DNA of 64,000 nucleotides, from the NCBI GenBank assembly GCA_016860985.1, contig BOKM01000001.1:399462-463461 (forward strand), read 5' to 3'. Under the pieces are notes generated by a model. The model did no database searches, was not told the origin of the DNA, and worked only from the letters and a program-made list of their open reading frames with translations. Shown one piece after another: positions 37,776 through 48,000 of the stretch. Each line of letters opens with the position of its first letter. The stretch's first letter is position 1. Origin of the DNA: Patescibacteria group bacterium (GTDB lineage: Bacteria; Patescibacteriota; Dojkabacteria; GCA-002793355). Made by a program: the position numbers and the translations under genes.

Positions 37776-39251
37776 CTACTGATTACTTGTAACTTGAGCT
37801 CCAGAGCGAAAAACATTGTCTAAATCGAGCAGATAATACCACCAATCATTTGCTTTTCCGTCGCTTCCTACACCTTTATATTTCGGAAAGTGTTTCATCC
37901 ACCAGCCAAAATACCCATATTCGGTGCAACCCCATTCTGTACATGTAACATTTTTCTTCACTTTGCCATATTTCGACAAATCTGGATAATCGTAAAAAGT
38001 GTCGCAGGTTGTTGCAACAACATTTGTTGTGTTGCCGTAATCATAATCACTGACAGCATTGGGAGGGTAATGCCCCGATCCACATCCACTATAAGAAAAA
38101 TCAGGTGACTGTGCCTTCACTAGCCCAAACTTATCCCAGCTATGGCTAATCCTATTTTCCGCCCAACTGCCATAAACCGTTCCCATAGTTGCTTCGAATC
38201 TGTGACTAAAATTGTGAATACTTGTCCCTATGTCTCGCTCGTATGACATTGGCATCATTACCGTCGTTCGCGAGTATGTATTGTCAATAATTGGTGGAGA
38301 ATTAATTCCAAACGCATGAGGTCCGATTGCCTGACTTTCCCACATTGACATCCATGGTGCACCGTAAATCCACACTTCATCAATTGTTCCGTTGTTTACT
38401 TTGCCTGGGAGCCCATACGTAGACATTAGTTTTTTCATATTTGTTTCGCCATTAAGACATTTTTCGTGGGTTGGGTCGTTAAGACAAGCAAAAAATTCAC
38501 TTTGCGTGTAGGTAAAGTTTGCAGTACATTGTGTTGGACGAGAACAATTGCCAGCTGCAGAACATTTACTCCAATACTCGTTCGAGAAGCATCCATTAGT
38601 CCATTCTGTAAAGCTATTATGCGTATACTCTTCTACAATATTAAAAGTAACATGACCACTCGTTGTAGTCTTAAAAAAACTCGCAACCTGTGGGGCAAGC
38701 TGTGCTGGGTCGTTCCAACCCGTGCACTGATGAAGCTTCATTTGAGCGCCGCCTTGTGATGGACACGAGATAGTCGGATTAACATGAATTAGTAAAACCT
38801 TGCGAATAAAATGCTTAGAGTTTAATACATTAGTACTTGTTGCTGTTGGTGTTTGAGTAGTCGTAGCAGTTGGCGTTGTACTATTTGTCACAATCGGCGT
38901 TGCGCTATTTGTTGGTGTTGGTGTACTAACAGAAGGCAAAGGCACTGCGGATACTGTTACTTGCGGAGGTAATAATGTAACGACTGGTAAAGAATTGCCT
39001 ACCCACGAATCTACATGGATACTAGGAACAAATAGGTGACCAATGGGAGTTGCAGCTGGAGTAGGGTCTCCCTTTATCCCTTGCACCCAATCACGGATAA
39101 TCCGTGTCTTTTCGGGAGTAACCACAAACAAAGATAAAGTGATACCTACCAATAAGCCAGCACTAATACCAATTAACCACATTGCTGTAGATATCTTTTT
39201 TTCTGGAAGCAATGGCGGTGCAAATTCAACCATATTAATTGTGAACCACAA
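37776..39251 (-). CDS. Secreted Cys-rich protein of unknown function with N-terminal anchor and Thr/Pro linker
   Basis: TM/signal segment. A TPTPTNSATPIVTNSTTPTATTTQTPTATST linker. The C-terminal region has about 20 Cys and many Trp/Tyr. Confidence 0.5.
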   Translation of the reverse strand: MWFTINMVEFAPPLLPEKKISTAMWLIGISAGLLVGITLSLFVVTPEKTRIIRDWVQGIKGDPTPAATPIGHLFVPSIHVDSWVGNSLPVVTLLPPQVTVSAVPLPSVSTPTPTNSATPIVTNSTTPTATTTQTPTATSTNVLNSKHFIRKVLLIHVNPTISCPSQGGAQMKLHQCTGWNDPAQLAPQVASFFKTTTSGHVTFNIVEEYTHNSFTEWTNGCFSNEYWSKCSAAGNCSRPTQCTANFTYTQSEFFACLNDPTHEKCLNGETNMKKLMSTYGLPGKVNNGTIDEVWIYGAPWMSMWESQAIGPHAFGINSPPIIDNTYSRTTVMMPMSYERDIGTSIHNFSHRFEATMGTVYGSWAENRISHSWDKFGLVKAQSPDFSYSGCGSGHYPPNAVSDYDYGNTTNVVATTCDTFYDYPDLSKYGKVKKNVTCTEWGCTEYGYFGWWMKHFPKYKGVGSDGKANDWWYYLLDLDNVFRSGAQVTSNQ

Positions 39252-40302
39252 TTAAGTCACCTACCTTGCTCCATTCAAACACTTTTTTAGCATCACTGAC
39301 CGTTAACCTTAGACATCCGGTACTTCTTGGCTTACCTATGTTTGTTTCTGGTTCAAAGATCTTCTTATCTCCAGTTTTTTGAAAACCTGGATACCAATAT
39401 ACTAAAGCATGTATACCGAGCATCGCTTTTTGTCGCGAATCATATGTAAAAGCCTGCCAGTAAGGCATCCATTTGTCGGCGGTTGAAGACCACGCGAGTG
39501 GCGATTTGTTAAGAATCTCATAAACACCAACAGGATTGTATTCCGGGAATGCACCTGAAATTCTGAATTTTTTGTAGCTTCCCTTTTCCCACATAAACAT
39601 CAATTGTCGAGAGCCATCAAACTCTAAATATTTTTGAGCAAACTGCCCATCTGTATTTGGCAAATCCTTACGCACAGGAACTTGTAACACCATTGGTTTA
39701 ATGGTCGTATACATTCCAGTTACTAATGAAAACTCACTATTACTGATATAGAGCTCTGCAACTTGTTGAGCCAAGCTCTCGTAGTCAACAACATTATCAT
39801 TGATTCTTGCCTGAACTGTTTTGTTCCCCTGCTTGTTTTTTAGTGTTTCTAGCGGTTGTGCAAAACGAATATTCTTTTCAAGTAGCTGCTGCAAACAGGG
39901 AATATCGATAGCAAGTTGGTAGCTTTTGCAAGAACCAATTTGAGGAACCTGCTGGGTGTATTGGCCGCACGAGAGTATTTCAGCCGCGCTCACAACGAGC
40001 TCTTCCGTGCCAAAATACAGGGCTACTTCTGGTCGAACATGCTTTAGGGACTTAGTGTAGTCGCTCGTACTTATACAACTTTCACTGCTCGTAGATTCGC
40101 CAAGTACAGCAGTTATGTTTTCTTGCTCCTTTAAAGCTAATTCGCTCACCCGCTGCGACATTGTATCTTCTACAACGACAGGAGATGGTTCTTGGTTCGA
40201 TGCGAAAATAAGTGGGTACTTAAGAACTCCAATGCCCCCAAATATTCCAAAGATACCAAAACAAAGAAGCCCCAAGAAGAATTTGTCGGAATTACTACTC
40301 AT
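39235..40302 (-). CDS. L,D-transpeptidase (YkuD-domain) protein
   Basis: C-terminal catalytic motif HALVY..G...KPRSTGCLRL...D...V..W...GDLIVV with the conserved His and Cys. Confidence 0.7.
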   Translation of the reverse strand: MSSNSDKFFLGLLCFGIFGIFGGIGVLKYPLIFASNQEPSPVVVEDTMSQRVSELALKEQENITAVLGESTSSESCISTSDYTKSLKHVRPEVALYFGTEELVVSAAEILSCGQYTQQVPQIGSCKSYQLAIDIPCLQQLLEKNIRFAQPLETLKNKQGNKTVQARINDNVVDYESLAQQVAELYISNSEFSLVTGMYTTIKPMVLQVPVRKDLPNTDGQFAQKYLEFDGSRQLMFMWEKGSYKKFRISGAFPEYNPVGVYEILNKSPLAWSSTADKWMPYWQAFTYDSRQKAMLGIHALVYWYPGFQKTGDKKIFEPETNIGKPRSTGCLRLTVSDAKKVFEWSKVGDLIVVHN

Positions 40303-41824
40303 CTTGTGAAGATTGATTCTTAAGTCGACTGATCAATTCGCTTAAGCGCTTTTCGCGCCTTAACATAATATCGTTGAGCTTATCCAAGGTTTCAATCCTT
40401 TCGTGAAGTTCTCGCTCAGCATTTTTTTGTGCCGTTACGTCTCGCACAATTTCGATAGCACCAACCTTGCGCCCGTAGTTATCGTAAAGGGGTTTTGCGA
40501 CACATAACACAACTTGGTTTTTTCCTTCTAAGTATACAGACAGCGTTTCTCCTTCTCTGTGAACATCTTGCCCTTTATAATACTTACTGGTTGTTAGGCC
40601 TTTAAGAACTAAATCTACGAGCATTGGTCGTTTCTTTCCATAAAATGGTACTGAATAGGCATAATCGCCCTTTCCGACCATTACTTCGGATTTAATTCCT
40701 GTCATTGTTTCCATCGCCTTATTCCAATTGATGACAATACCTTTTTCGTCTATTACAAAAACAGGGTCTGGAAGAAAGTTAATTATAGAAGAAAACAGAA
40801 ACTCTGATTTTTTTATTTTTTTTCTCTCGTTCTTTTGTTTGGTAATGTTGTGAAGGTAATAAATATATCCGACGGTACGTTTCTTTTCATCAAGCAATGA
40901 TGTTCTCATTACTTCTACCCACACATTTAGCTTCTTTATAAATACCTCAAAACCTTCGGCAGTATCGATAAACATTCCTCGACCCATAATTGTTGTACCT
41001 TTTTTCGAATCATCACCCATCATCTTTTTTGCAGCCTCGTTTGTCTCTATAACTTCCCCACGTGCATTTGTAATTACGATACCACTAGTAATACTATCCA
41101 ATACTTTTTCTCTTGCTGCGGGTAATAGCTCAAAATATTTATTACGGAAGAAACTATAACTAAGCACTAATCCTGTAGCTGCAAATGCAATAGGAGTTAA
41201 ATCGTACCCGTTCTCGAATGAAGGAATATAAATATATGCGATATTCGCAATCCAAGGGAAAATGATCGAGATTAACGTATTACGAACCAATCTCTTTGTT
41301 TCTGCTACTTGTTTGCTTGCATAGTACGCGAGCAAACCGACTCCAGATGCCAAACACAAATATTGGCCAATCATATGAACGAAAAAGAGCGGGCCATGTT
41401 CATAAACAACTGTTGCAAACCCTCCCTCTGAAACGGCTCTCGTACTCGTCCAGAGTAAATGATGATACTCATTCGTAAAAACGACCGTACACGCCAAAAC
41501 AACGAAGACTGTCAGCAAATATTTCACCCATCTAAAAGCATTTTTGTCGTACTGGGCAAATTCAATGGAAAACAATAGCCACATTGGACCAGCAAGTGTT
41601 ATTCCAAGGTAAGAGAGTTGGCTTAATAATACTTTATTTGCAGCTCCGTAGACGCTACCTTCAAGTGCCCCCATTAACGACCACCACGCTGCCGCAGCCA
41701 TAACGTAACCTAACAAGAGGGCCCCTTTGTAGTTTTTTCTGCGGATAAGAAAGAGTGATAACACAAGCAGGAAAATAAAATTCACAAAGAGAACTGTTGA
41801 GTAAGCAGTAATTTGGAGCAGCAT
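40295..41824 (-). CDS. Membrane sensor: N-terminal 7TM region followed by two PAS domains, with no kinase, GGDEF or other output domain
   Basis: About 7 hydrophobic helices over the first ~230 aa. PAS-like segments include ITSGIVITNARGEVIETNEAAKKMMG and PDPVFVIDEKGIVINWNKAMETMTG. The protein ends after a coiled-coil segment. Confidence 0.6.
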   Translation of the reverse strand: MLLQITAYSTVLFVNFIFLLVLSLFLIRRKNYKGALLLGYVMAAAAWWSLMGALEGSVYGAANKVLLSQLSYLGITLAGPMWLLFSIEFAQYDKNAFRWVKYLLTVFVVLACTVVFTNEYHHLLWTSTRAVSEGGFATVVYEHGPLFFVHMIGQYLCLASGVGLLAYYASKQVAETKRLVRNTLISIIFPWIANIAYIYIPSFENGYDLTPIAFAATGLVLSYSFFRNKYFELLPAAREKVLDSITSGIVITNARGEVIETNEAAKKMMGDDSKKGTTIMGRGMFIDTAEGFEVFIKKLNVWVEVMRTSLLDEKKRTVGYIYYLHNITKQKNERKKIKKSEFLFSSIINFLPDPVFVIDEKGIVINWNKAMETMTGIKSEVMVGKGDYAYSVPFYGKKRPMLVDLVLKGLTTSKYYKGQDVHREGETLSVYLEGKNQVVLCVAKPLYDNYGRKVGAIEIVRDVTAQKNAERELHERIETLDKLNDIMLRREKRLSELISRLKNQSSQDE

Positions 41825-41858
41825 AATGCACTATAATGAAAATTTCATTTTTTGTATA

Positions 41859-44800
41859 TTATTTATTCTCATCTAGAACAAGAGTCGTTGTAACTAATGT
41901 AAGGTTGTCGCGATTGTTCTTAGAGTCCACATATATCGCTTTTACTTTTTGTCCTGCCTCAATGATTGAATACCGGTTATCCATGACCTTAAGGTAGTAA
42001 GCACCACTCGCGACCGCGAAATTATAATTTCCTTCTTTATCAGTAAATGTTCTGTATAAAAGATTTTTAAACTCAGTATCAAATAACCCCAATTCTACCC
42101 CGCCAACTGCCTCACCCTTTTTTGTTCGTACAGTTCCAACTTTCTTGCTGTGTAAGAGAAGTAATAGTGCTTTTGCCCCAAGAATAACGAGATAAAGTGA
42201 TACAGCAAAATAATTGTATATGTGCGGGTAAACAAAACTTGCATACAGACTGTACACGAGCCCTACTAACAATAATCCTGTGCTCCCATATGCTGCAATG
42301 CGATCAATAACGGATACTATTTTCACCCTTTGTGCCTGTGCCTCACTAATGACAATTGGATCCATAGGAACTGAAAGCATAACAGTATCAGCAGCATTTT
42401 TCACTGCAAAAGACTTTCCAAGATACACATTTGCATAACCTCCATCAACAAGTTGATTAACCAAGGAAGAAGGAAACGAATACAATGGGTGGTCAACCGT
42501 TAGAATATATTCTCCTGCATGTGCAGACAATCTCATGACTCCGTTCGCATCTGTAACCACCGTATCTACGATTTTTCCGCCATTTTGAGTTTTCAAACGT
42601 ACAACTGCTCGAGCAATAGGCTTTTTCGTCACCGAATCATAAACAACCCCGTAGCTTCTTCTTCTTTTTCTATCTAGAAAACCGGCGAGCGCCAAGAATA
42701 TATTCCCTTGCACTGTATTTTGCATCGCGATGGCACCACCTTTTGCAGCCAGCGCATAGACTGAGGCAAACTGTATAACAGCCGCTTCTACCACCAGTGC
42801 ACCGGCGCCAATTGCTGTGGCATTGCTCCACGGAACAGTTTTTACTACAGCAATCTCTCGTTGTATTTTTGAATTACAATTTCCATTATCTGCCATAAGA
42901 TTTATTGTCATCGATGTTGGAGGAGTTATTACCTTTTCTCCCTGTGGAGGAAGGTGCGCATCATACCCACTCCACACTACTCTAGTCGCATTTGTCGCTT
43001 TCCAAGAGAAGGTTAGCGTTTCACCTTCTTCAATGACGGTACTTGATACTTTTAGGTAGTCAAACGTTGGACAACTCTGAGTTTCGATTTCATTTTGCTT
43101 TGGAGGTAAATCATTATCCCCTGTCACTGGTGGCAAGGTAGGAATCATTATGGAAGAGGAAGGCAAAACTGTAGTTATACCAGTAGTGCTACCTGTAACT
43201 GTTGTAGTCACAGAAGTTGTCACCGAGGATGTAACTGTTATCGTGGTTGTTACTGTTCCGGTTGGGGTTGTTGTTCCAGATGTTGTAGCAGTTGTGGTCG
43301 GTGTGGCAGTAGAAGACGAGGTTGGAGTACTTGTTGGCGTATCAGATGGTGAATCGGTGGGAGTATCAGTAGGAGTATCGGTTGGTGTTGGTGTTGCAGT
43401 TGGAGTACTCGTAGGAGCGACGTACTGAAAACTTGGATAGCCATCGTTGTAGCTTCCAGTAATTACCCAAAGACTCGAGAAATTCCACCCAGAAAAGGTT
43501 CCTTCTGTCTTCATTGCGGATGTGCTTTCCCCACTACCTCCCGCGCTATTTGATTCTCCGCTTGTATCTGTATCCCAATAACTTGATGTGATACTTCCAG
43601 TCCCTTGACTATATCCGGCAAAACCTCCGATGTCCCATTCATAATCTGGTTCTGTGTTTACCGTAAGTCCGCCTGCTGCATAACTGTTAGTGATAGTCGA
43701 TGTGCGAAATTCTCCCACAAACCCACCAATTGCCCACGCATAGTTACCATCTTGAGGGTTTGGTGAATTAACAGTAACCGATGCCCGTGTGTAGGAGTTC
43801 GAAATTGTGCCACTTCGATGTTCTCCAACAAAACCTCCAACACCAGAAACGTCTTCAAGAGCGGTAACCGTAACATTTCCAGTTGCAAACGATTCCTGAA
43901 TAGAGGGATTGGCTTGTCCATACCTATTTCTTGTTAATCCTGTGAACCCACCAATGTCATTTCCCCACGGACCTGTATTCGAAACACTTCCTGTTGAATA
44001 ACTTCTTAATACGGTTGCTCCGTCATATACTGTTCCAGCAAAACCACCAACATCATAGTTGTCTTCTCCATCGGCCGTAACATTTCCAGTTGAATAGCAA
44101 TCTTCTACTCTAGTTGTTCCGAGATACGTACCATATCCTCCCAGACCACCAACAAACCCCGCATTGTCGTAGTTATCACCATAGCCACTCGCTGCTCCAA
44201 CTCCCACATGCACATCACCAGTAGCATAGCTTCTGTAGACTTCAGAACTGCCGACTTGCCAACCAACAAATCCTCCGGTGAAATACGTATCGACCCCACT
44301 ACTAATATCCCCGGTTGCATAAGAATCTTCAATTACCGCAGTACCGCGAGTCATCCCCACAAAACCGCCTGTTCCTCCATAAACTCCATCGAGGAGACTA
44401 ATTTCTACATTTGCATGACTGGTCGTGATGTAGGCATCACCTTCTGCTATACCTACCAAACCACCGACAGTTTCAGTGTCGTAGTCCATTATGACTTGCG
44501 TAATAGTACCTGTTGCACTGCTATGGTGAAGTTCTCCTCCGTTCATCGTGCCAACGAGGGTACTTATCGTCCCCATAGAGCTTACCGATTTAACCACTTG
44601 GACGTTTGTAAGATTTACACCGGTAATTGTCGCCCCATTTGTATTTGCAAAAAGCCCAGTCGATGTCGCATTAACCACCAACGAGAGATTTTGTATTTCG
44701 TAACTGTCACCATCGTATCTACCTTCAAATCCCCCTCCCGACAATCCAATTGGCGTAAACGATACGGCAGTACAATCAATATCATTCATTTGAAGATAAT

Positions 44801-45038
44801 AGGCAGTAAGATCCGAATCAACTTCTTGCAATTGTGCGCAGGTTGTTACTTGATACGGATCACCAATCGTTCCTGTACCTGAACCAGAAAAAGCTGATGC
44901 CTGCTTACCTTTTACTAATGCGAGAATAGTTACAAAAACGAGCACTGATGCAACAGACAATATCAATGACCAGGATTGAAGTATCCATACAAAAAATGAA
45001 TGAGTGCTACGGCGCTGCATTGTTTGCGAGATTAACAA
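41859..45038 (-). CDS. Giant surface protein: N-terminal anchor, about nine GLUG-motif repeats, Thr/Pro/Ser linker and the conserved C-terminal membrane module
   Basis: Recurring GGLVG/GGFVG...Y.TG.V units (VGGLVGIAEGD, TGGFVGMTRG, IGGFVGEFRTS and others) match the GLUG motif. The C-terminal RRRSYGVVYDSVTKKPIARAVVRLK..DTVVTDANGVMRL and GVELGLFDTEFKNLLYRTFTDKEGNYNF are homologous to the tails of 5629..9291 and 45007..48837. Confidence 0.75.
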   Translation of the reverse strand: MLISQTMQRRSTHSFFVWILQSWSLILSVASVLVFVTILALVKGKQASAFSGSGTGTIGDPYQVTTCAQLQEVDSDLTAYYLQMNDIDCTAVSFTPIGLSGGGFEGRYDGDSYEIQNLSLVVNATSTGLFANTNGATITGVNLTNVQVVKSVSSMGTISTLVGTMNGGELHHSSATGTITQVIMDYDTETVGGLVGIAEGDAYITTSHANVEISLLDGVYGGTGGFVGMTRGTAVIEDSYATGDISSGVDTYFTGGFVGWQVGSSEVYRSYATGDVHVGVGAASGYGDNYDNAGFVGGLGGYGTYLGTTRVEDCYSTGNVTADGEDNYDVGGFAGTVYDGATVLRSYSTGSVSNTGPWGNDIGGFTGLTRNRYGQANPSIQESFATGNVTVTALEDVSGVGGFVGEHRSGTISNSYTRASVTVNSPNPQDGNYAWAIGGFVGEFRTSTITNSYAAGGLTVNTEPDYEWDIGGFAGYSQGTGSITSSYWDTDTSGESNSAGGSGESTSAMKTEGTFSGWNFSSLWVITGSYNDGYPSFQYVAPTSTPTATPTPTDTPTDTPTDSPSDTPTSTPTSSSTATPTTTATTSGTTTPTGTVTTTITVTSSVTTSVTTTVTGSTTGITTVLPSSSIMIPTLPPVTGDNDLPPKQNEIETQSCPTFDYLKVSSTVIEEGETLTFSWKATNATRVVWSGYDAHLPPQGEKVITPPTSMTINLMADNGNCNSKIQREIAVVKTVPWSNATAIGAGALVVEAAVIQFASVYALAAKGGAIAMQNTVQGNIFLALAGFLDRKRRRSYGVVYDSVTKKPIARAVVRLKTQNGGKIVDTVVTDANGVMRLSAHAGEYILTVDHPLYSFPSSLVNQLVDGGYANVYLGKSFAVKNAADTVMLSVPMDPIVISEAQAQRVKIVSVIDRIAAYGSTGLLLVGLVYSLYASFVYPHIYNYFAVSLYLVILGAKALLLLLHSKKVGTVRTKKGEAVGGVELGLFDTEFKNLLYRTFTDKEGNYNFAVASGAYYLKVMDNRYSIIEAGQKVKAIYVDSKNNRDNLTLVTTTLVLDENK
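43195..43430. repeat. Thr/Pro/Ser-rich repeat tract (coding) in the GLUG protein linker
   Basis: Encodes TPTATPTPTDTPTDTPTDSPSDTPTSTPTSSSTATPTTTATTSGTTTPTGT. The DNA shows short, imperfect tandem units. Confidence 0.5.
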
Positions 45039-48000
45039 CTAAATCATGTGCAATCAAACGAACTTCTGACGATGACTTCCTTTTCACTGCAGGAATTTCA
45101 ATGCCTTGCGTATTATTGCCAGAATATACTTTATACGTGTTATCCATAAGACGAAGAACGTATGCTTTATTGGGCACCGCAAAGTTATATTCACCTTTTT
45201 CGTTGGTAAACGTTCTATAAAGAAGTGTATTAAACTCTTTATCAAATATTCCAACTTCGACTCCTGCAAGAGGCTTTCCCGTCACTGTACTTACCCTACC
45301 AAAGGTTCGCGGCGACCATAAAGTAAGAAGGAGTTTTCCAATACATACTGAGCCATATAATACAGATGCAAAAATATTTATTGGTAAAGGAAAAAGTGTT
45401 GCGACATACAAACTGTAACCAAATCCCGCAAAGAGCGTAATGGTACTTGCAGTGCTTAAAGCTTCAAAACCAGCATCAAAAATCAATCGTGTTCTTCTTT
45501 TTGCTTGTGTTTCTTTTTCAGGGTCTAAAGGTATAGAGACCGTTACTTGTTGATCGGCAGCTCCTTGTGTAAGAACTCCCCCAAAATAAAGATGCGTATA
45601 TCCACCGTCAGTATCACCCTTTACATAAGTAGAAGGAAATTGATAACCAGCGCGAACAACCCGTATAAGATACCTTCCGGGTTGAGTTTTTAATTGGAAA
45701 ACACCCTGAGCATCTGACACGACTGTATCAACAACAGCTTCAGTGTCAACATTTAATAATCGAATAACAACTCGACCGAGCGGATTCTTCGTTTTCGAGT
45801 CATACACTATGCCCCAAGCTTGGCGTTTCTTTCTTCTATTGAAAATCGATAAAGCGACTCCCCACAAATTTGTTGACATTACCGCTCCCGAAGAGCCAAT
45901 AGTCGCCGTACCAAGTGAGACTGCTTGTTGCAAAAGAATTTCTGCTACCAAGGCACTTGCACCGACAGCAGTTGCAGTTTGCAATTGTTGTTGAGCAGGA
46001 TTCTCAAAGTTCACTACTTCAGAAGCAATACAAGCACCGTTATCTGCTATAAGCTTTGCTTTTCGATCTGCAGGGACAATAAATGGTGTAGAGCCAGACA
46101 CAGCTACAAGAGAACCATTTATTGTAACTTTTGTGGTATTTTTTGTTATCCAAGAGAGTTCAACCCGCTCGCCTTCTGCTGCAATAGTAGGCGAACTAGC
46201 AAAAGTTAAAATAACAGGACAAATGGGACTTTGTTGGGCTTCTCTTCTTGAGGATATTGTATTTTCTGGTGTGGCAGTGACACTTGAGGTAACAGGAGGA
46301 GTTGATGTGACAGTTCCGGTTCCTGTTAAAGTTGGTGTTACTGTTGCAGTTACACTCGTTGGTGTAGGTGTAACTGTAGCTGTGCTCGATGGTGTTGGTG
46401 TAGGAGTTGGTTGGACCGCAGTTGTAAATTGAACGACCTCCCCATACGCGGTGCCGAGTGAATTCGTTGCGTATGCTCTTACATAATATAGTGTATTCGA
46501 TTGCAACTCGGAAAGCAGCGTATACATTTCTCCAGTAGTGCCGGTTGTTGATTGCACAGTGTCACTAAGTGTTGGGGAAGATTCAGTTGTAGAATAGACG
46601 ACACCACGTTCGATAATAGCAAGGTATCCATCTGACTCGACATTTCCTCCAACCATAGCAGAGTTGTGAGTGAGCAGTGAAATTGAGCCTGTGGTTACTG
46701 TGGGTAATTCCCCACAGGGCACAAAGGAGGAGTCTCGTTTTACAATTATCGACGATTGACCTGCTCCTGTTTGCATTGCGAGTGCAAGATAATTCGCACC
46801 GTTACAAGCCGGGTCATGGTATAAATCAATATCATCTGCATGAAGACCTGTTTCAGTAAACTCACTCAGCACATTATTCCATGAACTCCCGTTAAATTCT
46901 TTGACGGAAAAAGTTGTATCTCCAGTAGGTACTGCGTACCACATGGCGTCTTCAGTTTGATTATATTCAAGACTAGCAGGAAAAGTGCTTGAATCATAAA
47001 CAGAAGGGAAATCGAAATCCGCACCCATTTGTGTTTTTGCAGAGCCACCTGGCGAGCTGTATACCTTAAACGTGTTTGTTACAACATTTTCGGTTGCGAA
47101 GATCCAAGAGGAGTTGCCTTGATCATAATCAAAATCTTGAACAGAAGTCGGAGAAGTAAACAAAGCAGACACAGGATTATTCCAAAGAGTTCCTGTAAAC
47201 TCACTCACGCTTCCATTTGAACATGCGTACCACGTAAAATTATTAACTGGATCTCCTATCAGTAAATTGGGATTAAGTATGGTTAATCCGTTTGTTGTAG
47301 TACAGGGAATTTCTTGAATCGTTACCCATCCACCGAGATCTGGGTTAAAGTTGTATCCATATACAAGATCATCTCCTACACCACTCGGGTCGGGAAAGAC
47401 GTATAAATATGGCAATTGAGCAATTGGTTGACAAAACATCCCAAGTCCGTACGCTGCATTATTTGAGCTTGCACCAGCGACACCTAACACGCCCCAAACT
47501 CCATTCTCATAACGGTATAATGTTGCTTTATCACTTTCAGAGGCGTCTGCAATAAGTGCAACCATACGCCCATCTTCGCAAGTGTCAAAACTGAACCTTC
47601 CTTGACCACTTGACGTTAAAGGGTTGGAAAACCTACTGTTTCCAACTAACTCCCAGTTCCCTGTGTTTTTATTGTATCTGCGCACAGTTACCTTATAATT
47701 ACTTTCACTTTGACTATACTCTGGGTAAGCAACTATTGGATCCTGATTTTGCTTGTCGGTACGTACGAAAACACTGCCCGTATACCCTCCAGGATTAATC
47801 GGAGATCCGACATTTTCCCACTCTGCAACGGGAAGAGTGGGGGTCGGCACGGGGGGTATATCAAATTGCATTTTGTATATTGAGCCCGGATCACACGTGG
47901 AACCGTTGTAAAGACATCCATTCGATGCATACATCAAATCGTTGTTAACATCTAGTGCAATATTGTAAGGGCCATTATATGTCCCTGAATCAGGAGAGGG

